Position numbers and translations under genes: made by a program. From contig OZ024740.1 of the NCBI GenBank assembly GCA_964016885.1, positions 290,904,001-290,968,000 of the forward strand: 64,000 nucleotides of DNA, in the 5' to 3' direction. The notes beneath the pieces were generated by a model. That model was not told the origin of the DNA, did no database searches, and was given only the letters and a program-made list of their open reading frames with translations. The DNA comes from Eledone cirrhosa (taxonomy: Eukaryota). Shown here one piece after another: positions 1 through 12,234 of the stretch (within the stretch, counting starts at the first letter, position 1; every line of letters starts with the position of its first letter).

Positions 1-557
1 CAGGGCGATAAAAATAGACGGTAGCCACGGAGTAGGCAGACCCAGAAAAACCTGGGACAACTGATAAATTCCGACCTCACACACTTACACCTCTCCAAGA
101 CAATGTCACTGGACCGAGATCTTTGGCGCTACACAGTAATACAGAAGACCCACCTTACCTAAGTACAAAGTGAAACCTACTATAGTCAGTAGGCACCTCT
201 AACAAAAATACACCTCCATCCCACTACCCCCACCCCATCCACACCACCCCTTTCAATGTAAAGTTATGTTGGTACCACAACATCCAGTCCAAAACAAATG
301 AGGTCATGTAGGTGTCACGACAAAAAAACACACAGTCCACGCTGTAATGTGGCCGTGTAGGTAACACGGTAAAAACCTCCCAGTCCACACTGTAAACGTG
401 GTTGGTGTTAGGAAGGGCATCCAGCCGTAGAAAACCCGCCAGACAGTCCTATGCGAGCAAGACAACCACTCTTGCCTCAAGTGGGAAAACTCCCGTCCAA
501 ACCCATGCAAGCGTGGAAGATGGACGTTAAACGATGATGATGATGATGATGATGATG
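1..557 (+). mobile_element. RTE-clade LINE 3' end with (GAT)n tail
   Basis: RAIKIDGSHGVGRPRKTW C-terminus and 3' UTR shared with copies at 9.9 kb and 24 kb. Confidence 0.85.
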
Positions 558-2006
558 AAATATTGTTGATTGCATTGGTCAGGTGAAAAAATGTTTGTCA
601 GAAGTTGAGTGTTGCTATAAGGAAAAAATAGAACATAGAGTGTCTTAATATTATTGAAATTTGCTGAAATTTTGTGAATAGGCATCATATCTTGTCATCT
701 ACCTATGGTTTAAATTTCATATAAATCGAAGGGAAAATCCACTTTTTTACCAAAAGATTTAATCTCAAAAACCACGTCTTATACACAGAACATAACAACA
801 ATATCTACTTGAGGCACAAGGCCAGTAATTTTTTGGAGAGGGTGGGGAGGAGTTTATTAAATTGACTCCAGTATTTGACTGGTACTTTATTTTATTGATC
901 CCGAAAGGATGAAAGGCAAAGTTGAACCCAGACTGTAAAACAGCCAGAACAAATGCTGCAGTGGCATTTTATCTTAGACTTTAATGACTCAGCCAAGCCC
1001 CCTCCCCACCAAATATAATAACAATGCATGCATGTATGGTCCCGTAACTCCTGAGGGAGTAGCTGGGGCACCATATTGACATACAGTGTTTCTTGAGCAT
1101 TTCTAAACCTGACGGAGTCCATCTCTTTCCAGGTCTGAATACAGCAGATTTCTTCCAGAGAAGGATAGAGAGAGTGAAAAAGGAAGTGAGAAAGAGATAT
1201 AGAGGAAGAATCGACCCCAGTACTAGACGGCACTTTTTTTTTATCGACCTTGAAAGGATGAAAGGTAAAGTTGACCTCAGCGGGATTTGAACTCAGAGAA
1301 CAGAGAACCAAAACAAACACCTCAAAGCATTCTATCTGACATTCTAATGACCTAATATAAAAATAACACCATTTTAATGACCCAGCCAACCCACCACCGA
1401 ATATTATAACAATAACAACACTTTAATGACTCAGCCAACCCACCCCGCCACAAAATATTATAACAATAACAACAACAATAATAATATATATATATACTAC
1501 ACAAAAGCCATATATAATTATAGCTGTATATTTAAATAGATATAAAATAATAATAATAATGAAATTATTGTGTTCAGTGCTCAGGTGTACTACAACTCAT
1601 CAAAGGTGCATGTATAGTATATAGAATAATGTACAAATGCATAGTTTGGGATGTTTTAATACATAATCAACATCAATACTATATGCATTACTAACTATCT
1701 TATTTTATATTCTATTCTTACTTCTCAGTCTTTTTTTCTTTTTATATTAAAAACATCAATTTACTACTGTAAATAAACATGTTTAATGGAAAAGTTTTTT
1801 TTTTAGATATTTATATATATATATGGCGGTTCCCCAGCACGGTCTCAGCCTTGTCGGCTGGAACAGGTAGTAGAGTAATAGGTGGTAGATATGGATGAAA
1901 GTATTTGTAAATATATAGTAATCAGTGTTTAATGTAGCACAAAATAACTCATAGGGCTCTTTTATGTTTGAAATAATTTTTTTAATACCAGGTTTGTTAA
2001 AAATCA

Positions 2007-2974
2007 TTAAACTCTTTCATTTACCATATTTCTAATGTAAGATACTGTCTATGTCATTAACCCTTTCCTTACCATATTTCTAATGTAAGATACTATGTCA
2101 TTAACCCTTTCATTACCATATTACTAATGAAAGATACTATGTCATTAACCCTTTCATTAACGTATTTCTAAGAATAGACACTGTCTATATCATTAACCCT
2201 TTTATTATCATATTTCTAATGAAAGACAGTTTATGTCATTAACCCTTTCATTACCATATTTCTAATGAAAGACACTGTTTATGTCATTAACCCTTTCATT
2301 ACCATATTTCTAATGAAAGACACTGTCTATATCATTAACCCTTTCATTACTATATTTCTAATGAAAGACACTGTCTATATCATTAACCCTTTCATTACCA
2401 TATTTCTAATGAAAGACACTGTTTATGTCATTAACCCTTTCACTACTATATTTCTAATGAAAGACACTGTTTATGTCATTAACCCTTTCATTACCATATT
2501 TCTAATGAAAGACACTGTCTATGTCATTAACCCTTTCATTATCATATTTCTAAGGAAAGACACTGTCTATATCATTAACCCTTTCATTATCATATTTCTA
2601 AGGAAAGACACTGTCTATATCATTAACCCTTTCATTATCATATTTCTAATGAAAGACAGTCTATATCATTAACCCTTTCATTGCCATATTTCTAATGAAA
2701 GACACTGTCTATGCCATTAACCCCTTCATTACCATAATTCTAATGAAAGACACAGTCTATGATTTTTAAATAATTTTGAAAATAATTAAGAATTTGGAAG
2801 GATCCAGTAAAACAAATACTATTTTCTTATTATCAAGTATGTGTTTGGAACATAACTTAACAAATGTTCTTACATAAAATTATGATGGTGGGAGGAGAGG
2901 GTCAGATAAATATATACATTTAAAAATATACAGATTTGTATTGGTTTCAGGCAGTTTGGTATTAAAAAAATTAA
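2007..2974 (+). mobile_element. TTAA-bounded (piggyBac-like) non-autonomous element; left-end 48-bp unit tandemly amplified ~15x (2007-2762)
   Basis: Unit TTAACCCTTTCATTACCATATTTCTAATGAAAGACACTGTCTATGTCA; unique body ends ...ggtattaaaaaaattaa; related inverted copy at 62.8-63.4 kb. Confidence 0.65.
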
Positions 2975-3392
2975 ATAATACTATAATGTTTTTCTCTCCA
3001 AAAGTGGTAGTTGCTGGTACCAGGAAAAAAAAAAAATAATAACCAGCTCACTCTGTAGTGGATGTGCTGGTACCACAAAAAAAAAAAAAAAAAAAAGACA
3101 AAAACAAAAAAACAACTAGTCCACTCTTTACAGTGGAAGTGCTGGTACCACAAAAAAAGCACCTAATCTACTCGGTCAGGTGGTAGTGGTGGTGCCATGT
3201 GAAAACGTGCCCAGTACATGCCATAAAGTGATTGGCATTAGGAAGAGTATCTTGCCATAGAAGTTATGCCAAAATGGAATATAAGAACAAGACAGTCATC
3301 TGACCTGTCTAGCCTCAGAATGTAACAACCTGTCTAACCCATGCAAGTATGGTAAATAGAGGTTAAATGATGATGATGATTTTCTTCAAAAT

Positions 3393-3583
3393 AATAATTG
3401 TTTCTACTTTTGGCACAAGGCCAGCAATTACCCAGTGCATTACTGGTACTTTATTTTATTGACCCTGTAAAGATGAAAGGCAAAGTTAACCTCAGCAGGA
3501 TTTGAACTCAGAATGGCAAGGGCCGTAACTCTATGCATCAAAAGCATGGTGTCCGACTCTCTACCGATACTGCCAATCCACAT
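3393..3583 (-). mobile_element. tRNA-derived SINE
   Basis: A/B-box-like motifs on minus strand; same family as 22055, 28785, 45198. Confidence 0.75.
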
Positions 3584-3714
3584 CATTGTCTTCAACAAAA
3601 TATAGAAAGTAGATAGAGTAATTATTAGAAACTTTTCTTCCTATAACAACTATATACATGTATTTTTCATATACAATCATTGCAGGAAGCAATGTTTGAA
3701 TGAAGTGTTGCTCA

Positions 3715-3790
3715 CTACTTGAGTTCAATTGGATCATTCTTCATCTTGTTTATATGTATGACAGATAAATCAGCCACTAATTTATCAAAA
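3715..3790 (-). CDS. CHUK/IKBKB: IKK-like last coding exon (FDKLVADLSVIHINKMKNDPIELK*)
   Basis: tttttttcag acceptor, phase 2; TAG at 3717..3715. Confidence 0.75.
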
Positions 3791-6700
3791 CTGAAAAAAA
3801 CAACAAAAAGAAATTAATTTAACGACCAATTTACAATACTGATGAAGAAATAATTAATATCAAATTCAAAGTATAATATAATTTCTAATTTAAGCAGAGG
3901 ACCAACAATTTTGTTGGGGGATGAAAGGTAAAGTAGACCGTGTGATTTGATCTCAGAACATAAAGAGCTGGAACAAATATCTTAAAACTTTAATGACTAA
4001 TCACAATAGCGATGGAGATAATTGATTTATAACAAAGTCATTAAGTAAAATCTGAAGCTTATATTATAACAACAAATTTACAATTAGGTTACAGCTATTT
4101 CTTGGGAAGGATAGCATAATTTTGAAAAGACTGGAAATGATGGAAATATTTTTATTACATGGTATGATGTTTTTCAGTATTTTTAAGTAAGGAATGTGGC
4201 TGCTTGGCTTACTACAAATAGCTCCCACCTCCCAAAGGATACATTGAATATTGTAGTCTGTTTGAATAAAAGGTGAGATAGCCATGGTTGGAATTCTTTT
4301 CATCATAAACCAGCTCAATCAGAGTTGACAGGTTAAACATCAACATAACACATCTGTACCTTCTCTTTACTATTTCTTTTCCTTCAGAATTACACTACCA
4401 TTATGAAATTGTCTCCAAAATTCTTCTGCAGAACTACAGACCTCTCAAATTCCCTTTTCATCTATTATTCCAGCAGACATTAGGCTATGGCACTGGCCGA
4501 TCTGACAGGTCAGTAGCTTTGTTTAAGTAGTGACATGGTATGTGATGACCTGTCCAAGCCTTGCTAGCAAGGAAAAAGGATGTTAAATGATGCTCAAACT
4601 GAAGATCATCAGCATCATTTTAAGTCACTTTTTCAATGCTGGCATGGGCTGGACAGGTTTTCCAGCTTCTCACTGCAGTCTATTATCTGGCATGGGCTGG
4701 ACAGGTTGCCCAGCTTCTTACTGCAGTCTACTATTTTGCATGGGTTGGACAGGTTTTCCAGCTTCTCACTGCAGTCCATTATTTGGCATGAGCTGGACAG
4801 GTTGCTCAGCTTCTCACTGCAGTCTATTATCTGGCATGGGTTGGACAGGTTTCCCAGCTTCTCACTGTAGTCTATTATCTGGCATGGGCTGGACAGGTTA
4901 CCCAGCTTCTCACTGCAGTACTTCATTATCTAACATTCACAGCAACAGAGAGCAGTTATCATTGTTGTTGTTTATGTCACATTATTTTAGCTGGGTTTTC
5001 ATGGCTGGATGTTCTTCCAATCACCAACCAGTTTACAACATGGACTGAGTGCATTTTATTATGATCAACTGTATTGACCCCACCAGATCCTGAAGGCCCA
5101 CAAATGAGTCAAGTCTTCTTGAATCAGGGTTTATTTTAAAGAAATTTTAGAACTCTACAAATCTTTGAGGTATGTGACATAAACCAGTGTTTGATATTCT
5201 CTGAGTCTGAGAAACATTTGTAAACATCTTATGAGTGTTTTAAGTATTTTAACCATCATTTACCATACAACCACAAGTAGTATTTGACACAAAATGTAAA
5301 CCTTTTTGTACAAAATTAGATTTAGAACTACACAAGCAGGTGTCAATTGTACAATAAAATAACCAACCACTATCTTGAATCTATCCCAGCCATAAGTAGG
5401 TGTCTCCAAAATAGATTTCTGCAGCTGTAAGTCTTAACATCAGTATTATAGAAGGAATCATCAACTGTTCTTGAACTGAGAAGGTATAGAATAACACTTC
5501 AAATGAAGGCTTGTTTAGGTAGAGAACAGAAATGTAAACATATATAATACTTACTTATCATGAAGTAATAAGTTATCATTAATGAGTGTCCTTGACTCTA
5601 CAGAGTTTCCTGATGAATATGATGGGTGACATTCTTGTACTGGGGAATGGATATTCAGTTCATCATTGGATCCCTAAAAATATTAGGAAAACAATATAAA
5701 AATATTTCTCAAATAAAAACTTTGTTCAAAGAATGCTATCATTTTTCATGACTATTATTTATATATATAAATGTGTGTGTATCCCAGGTTCAATCAGGGG
5801 TAATATAGCCACTTAATGAAAACCCTTTGTTTGCTTAGAATAGACGTTCCTTGAAAATTAGGAGTGCCTGTCAGTGTGTATGTGTTTGTCTATAGGTGAA
5901 TTTACTTTGCCTTTGTATCACTATGTATTTTTCTCTAAATATAGTTTTTTTAAAGAATCTCCATTCTTTAAATCCAATGACCTCCACCCATTCCAATCAC
6001 CACCTTCCCTTACCACCAGAAAATGTATAAATACCACTATATCACATTGACAATCGGTTTTCCTGATGATTTCCTTCGAATAAAATAGTTCTAGTCCTGT
6101 AGAAGCCATTTCTATATTAAATATATATACATATATATGTGTGTGTGTGTATGTATGTATATATATATATATGTGTGTGTGTGTATACACACACATATAT
6201 ATATATATATATATACATTATATAATAAACAACACAATATAATTTTTCCATTACCCAAGGTCTCACAAAATTAGATGATTCTAACAGAAACGCCTAGTTC
6301 GTCAGATGAACTATCTATGTTATGGCTATAAGATTTGAAATGAAATCTATTACAAATCAAAGTGAGGCTGAATTAAAATAACGGAAAAAATACATGTACA
6401 CACAGAATCAGATATACATACATGCACATATACATAAAATTGAAAATAAAAATAAAGTAAAAATTAACGATAAGGATAAATTTATCTTTTTATTGAGATA
6501 CAGGTATATGGGAAATTAAATACACAAGTAATATTTTACAAGCATGAAAAGTAATGTAAATATATATATATTGTATCTATAGTAATATATATTTGTACTT
6601 GTATGGATGCAAAGAAGTTTTATACTGCTTTTAAAACTGCTAATGCTTACACTTTGTGGTTGCTTTTAAATGTACTCCCGTTTTGCACAGTTACATTTTT

Positions 6701-9700
6701 TAAATATGATGTGAGTCTAATCTGTAACATGAAATTACTTTTTGCATGTTTTCATGTTGATGCTTATACCAATATTTGTATTCCTGAAGACCAGCAGACT
6801 AATGCCCAATATATATTGAGGTATGGCCAGCTGTTATACATTGAAACGTACGTAGAGTAAAATTATGATACAAGTCTAAACTGGTTATTCGCTCTCAATT
6901 TATCAAATGTTGAGCTCTGCAGTCTGTGGCCTAACAGTCTTTAGCAGAATCTACAGAGGTTAAAAACTCCCTCAGCCTTTTTTGGTTACTGCTGGACCAA
7001 GGATACTGATTAGCATTGAGCTTCTATAATCTTTACCAGGATTAAATTGGTAAATTCCAATATAACCCAACATATATATATGTATATATTTATATTGTTT
7101 TAAGTAATATATATATATTATTTTAAGTATCACATTGAAGCTGAAGCTGCAATAGGGCAAGACCAGTTGAATTATCTGAGGGAGTCCTTAAGCCCTCAAT
7201 GATGCAAGAAATGAATTAATTCCTTCATCAGAGTGAATACATTAAGTTATATGAGGGAAACACCATGAATAATATATAGACTGGGTATGTGGAATTATAG
7301 TATATAACAACAACAGTAACAAATACCAAAATAGAAACAAATAAAAAAAAATATATATATGCAGCTGACAGATGACAGAAAAAAGTATTCAATAATGAAG
7401 TAGAGTTTAACTATTACTTTATTATGGCTAAGTAGTGAGTGTTGTTACTCTGGAGTTTCACCTGGACACTTACAGGATCATCAGACAAGATGTCCTATTT
7501 GATGAGTCTTCTCAACCCTTTGTATAGTAGGTTTGTTTCATCCTGGGCACATGGGAAGGTGGGTTTACTGCTGTACAGCATGATGCCAGAGATCTCGATC
7601 CTGTGTCATCTCCTTTGTAGGGTTTAACTGGGCAAAGTCAGCTTTTATCAGTTCATCCCAAGCTTTCCTAGGTCTTCCTCTTTCATGGTTTCTGTTCACT
7701 TTGAGTGCCCTTCACCTTTTTATACAGCTGTCATCTTCCATACACTTCCACAATATCCAAACCACGACAATATCTTCTCCTGTACACTGCATCTGATTCC
7801 TCTTATGCCTAGTTTCTCTCTCAATTCACTGACCTTTGTTGTTCATGCACACTGCTATTAAACATCCATTAGAGCATGTAAGCTTCATTTCTTTCCAATC
7901 TTCGTAGATCCTCTGCACATATTGTCTAGGTCTCACTTCTATGCAACATTGCTGTTCGTACAAGCTTCATACAATCTGCCTTTCATTTTGATGAAAAAAA
8001 CCTTTTGTAGCTAGCAGCAGTAGTAGCTCCCTGTTGGTAAACACCCACAAAATTGTTAACCATCTTGCCAACAACAACCCTGAGTACCTTTTTGATTTCC
8101 ATGTGTGTAACACACGTGGACATGCCCACAAAGTCAGAAAACAACACAGTTCCCATGACTTTCGGAAACATTTTTTCACGCTCATAGTTGCTGAAGCATG
8201 GAACAAACTACCTGCATCAGTTGTTAGCTGTCGTGACACTGCATCCTTTAAAACCTCCATGCTTCCCGAGATTCGCCAACACTACACCTAATATTCCCCC
8301 TCCATACACATACACACATGTATATCATGACTCATACACTATTCACTTCCCTGACATTTGTATATTATTCTATGTACTATACATACACCTTTGACGAGTT
8401 GTAGTGCACCTGAGCACTTTACACAATAATTTCATTATTATTATTATTATTATTCTCATGCTGGTTACTATATTTTCAGAGTAATCACCTCCATTGCTAA
8501 TTTGATCTCCTAGGTAACAGAAACTATCAACTACTTCTATGGAGCCTTCTGGACATTTAAAGGAGCTTGTGTCTTGTGAGCTCTTACTACTTACTGCTCC
8601 TGTGCATCGACCACATATAAAACCTACATTTTTTGCTAGCCTGCCTGAGATCCTACTACATCTTTTGTGTACTCATAGTTTGCATTTGGAACATAGGATG
8701 GAATTCTACCCACTCTTTTCCTGTACACTGGGAATCTAGACCCTGTTTTCCTTTCTACATACTAGGGCAATGAGAGTGATTTACTGACAAGATGCAATAC
8801 TTACAGTATCTTCTATTATTTTCCAGATACGAGATATAGTCTCTTCTTGTAAAGAATCAAGGCGCTGATCTTTTTCCTTAAGTTGATTTGTTGTTTCCAG
8901 AAATTTTATCCAAGAGGAATGCAAAGACCTAAAGAAATGGAAATATAGGGATTAGAATTTGGAAGAGCCTACATTTAATTCCGAAGTTCTATAATTCCCA
9001 AACTATTAATCTTATCTTCAGATTCTATATATTTACTATTTATGTATTTATTATGGCTAGATCTGTTGAATCTTGAAACATTACCACTGTTTCACTCAGT
9101 GGCATATAAATTAGCTGCATCCAGGCATATAAATTAGCTGCATCCAGGCATATAAATTAGCTGCATCCAACCTAGGAAACTTTATCTTTGAATGGTAGTA
9201 ACACTGTCCCCAAGCCTAGAGCTTCATCAAACTAGTTAAGCAACTAAGAGTACATTGGGTTTGTCCTAATTAGAGGCAAGTTGCATTGGGTGACCGTGTC
9301 TCACTCATATAGGACTGTTTCTGGCCGTTTTTTTTTTACACCTGGATGCCCTTCCTAATGCCAACCACACGAATGACTGTATAAGTGTGCTGAGAGAAAA
9401 CCTATGTATCAGAGTTGGTCACTGTACAAGAGAGAATACTGTGATGTATATGAAGAATATTAGTTGAGTGAAAAAGTATCAAACAGTGCAAATAAACGGA
9501 GTCTGCAGAAGATGAAGAGAGAGGAAAACAGAGGCAGAAGTAGGGAAGAACAATCTCAGGATGAGCTTATACTATATTTTATACAACATAAGACAAAAAA
9601 CAAACAACATCAGTTGAACCTTTTATTTCTTATTCACATTTATTAACTCTCTTAACATATTCCTAAGAAAATTTGGTACAATCATGATTGGTAATCAAAG

Positions 9701-11957
9701 TCAGCCCAATATTGTTTAAATTATTAACATTAAATAATTTATTAAGAAATGTGAGTAATGAATATAACAATAACCTGATGTCATTTGTTTTTGTCTTTGC
9801 CATGTTATCTATAGAAAAGTATGTAGTTTTAAATATATATAAAACTCAAAATTGAAAGATATATGTAACGTTCAAATTTTGTTCCTGCTTACTTTTATAT
9901 ATCATCATCATCATCATCATCGTGTAACGTCCATTTTCCATGCTAGCATGGGTCTGGACAGGAATTGTCCCACTTGAAGCAAGATTGGTTGTCTTGCTCA
10001 GGACTGTCTGGCGCGTTTTCTACGGCTGGGTGCCCTTCCCAACACCAACCACGTTTACAGTGTGTACTGGGAGGTTTTTACCGTGTTACCTACACGGCCA
10101 CATTACAGCGTGGACTATGTTTTTTTGTCGTGACACCTACACAACCTCATTTGTTTCGGACTGGATGTTGTGGTACCAACATAACTTCACATTTAGGGGG
10201 GGGGGGGGGGTATTTTGTTAGAGGTGCCTACTGACTGTAGGTTTTGCTTTGTACTTAGGCAAGGTGGGTCTTCTGTATAACTGTGTAGCGCCAAAGATCT
10301 CGGTTCAGTCTTGGAGAGGTGTAAGTGTATGAGGTCGGAATTTATCAAATCGACCCACGTTTTTCTGGATCTGCCTACTCCCTGGCTACCGTCTATTTTT
10401 ATTGCCCTGCACTTTTTTATACAGATGTCGTCTTTCATGCGCATCACGTGACCGTACCAACGTAGTCTTCTCTCGAGTAAACAACATCTGATCCCTCTTA
10501 TTCCTAATTTCTCCCTTAGTTCGTTTATGCTTTGCCGTTCACGCATATTACTATTACACATCCAGCGGAGCATGCAAGCTTCGTTTCTCTCCAGTCTGCG
10601 TATATCCTCTGCACACAATGCCCAGGTCTAACTGCCATGTAACATTGCTGTTCGTATGCAGGCATCATACAGCCTGCCTTTCATTTTTAGAGAGAACCCT
10701 TTAGAGGCCAATAGTGGTATAAGCTCTCTGAACTTTTTCCATCCCGTTCTGACTCTAGCTACTGTACTTTCAGAGCACCCTCCCCCACTGTTGATTTTGT
10801 CACCCAGATAACGGAAGCTGTCCACTATTTCTATAGAACCATCTGTGCAATGGAATGAGCTAGTATTCTGTGGGCACTTGCTGCTACTTATTGCACCAGA
10901 GCACCGGCCACATATAAAATCTATATTCTTAGTTAGCTTACCTGTGATCCCACTACATCTTTTATGCACCCATACTTTGCATTTGGGACATAAAATGGAG
11001 TTTCTGCCTACTCCTTTCCTACACACTGAGCATGGCCATTTCCCGGATGGGACCGGTGCCCTATTTTACTTCCTACAAACTAGAACTTTAGTCTTAGACA
11101 AGTTAACTTTAAGGCCTTTTGATTCTAGGACATGCTTCCATGTTTGAATTTCTTCTCTAGTTCAGCCATTGATTCAGCTATGAGCATTAGATCATCTGCA
11201 TATAGGAGTTCCCATGGGCAGCCGGTCTTGAACTTCTCTGTTATAGCCTGAAGGGCAATAATAAATAGTAGGGGGCTAAGGACGGAGCCCTGATGAACAC
11301 CAACTTTTACGCTAAACTCTTCACTATATTCCTTGTTAATTCGAACCTTGCTGACTGTTTCTTTATACATGGCTTGTATAGCTCTCACAAGCCATTCATC
11401 AACACCTAGTTTTCTAAGGGCCCACCAGATAATCGAGAGGGGTACTCTGTCAAAGGCTTTCTCCAAGTCAACAAAGGCTAAGTATAGGGGTTTACTTTTA
11501 ACTAGGTACTTCTCCTGTAGTTGTCGTACAATGAAGAGAGCGTCTATTGTACTTTTACCTGACACAAACCCGAACTGCATTTCGTCTAGATCAATTCACT
11601 CTCTGATTAGTTGCGCTATTACTTTTTCTGTGACCTTCATGACCTGGTCAATTAATTTAATGCCTCTATAGTTTCCCCTATCTAGGGCATCACCTTTACC
11701 CTTGTAGCAGTTAATGATGATGCTGCTGCGCCAGTCCTTCGGAACAACCCCATTCTGTATGACTTGGTTTACTATCCGAGTGACCATAGTGCTTTCAGCA
11801 TTTCAGCAACTATTTCCGAAGGCCTGGCCGCCTTGCCTGTCTTCATGTCTTTGATCGCCTTACTTATTATACTACCTTCAACTTGCACTGCTGGTCCCTC
11901 TATTGGGTCGATGTGGGGCAGACTGTCTTTCTCCCAATTATTCTCTTCATTTAGTAG

Positions 11958-12004
<47 letters not shown>

Positions 12005-12201
12005 ACTCTTCCCTTGTATATGGGGATTCATGTCTTCTCAGTTCAATTTTTATGGTTATGTTTTAAATAACACTTTTGTCTAGCTGCTGATTCACACATC
12101 AAGCTGAATTTAGTGCAGACAACAGGATTTTGAGTGGAACAGGAAGGAATGTTTGATTGGATCTTGGTCTTAGATCTAAGATCACAAAGATGGACCAGAC
12201 A

Positions 12202-12234
<33 letters not shown>

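Noticed and set aside
2265-2672. 135-aa repeat ORF MKDTVYVINPFITIFL
   Set aside because: Translation of the 48-bp transposon-end repeat
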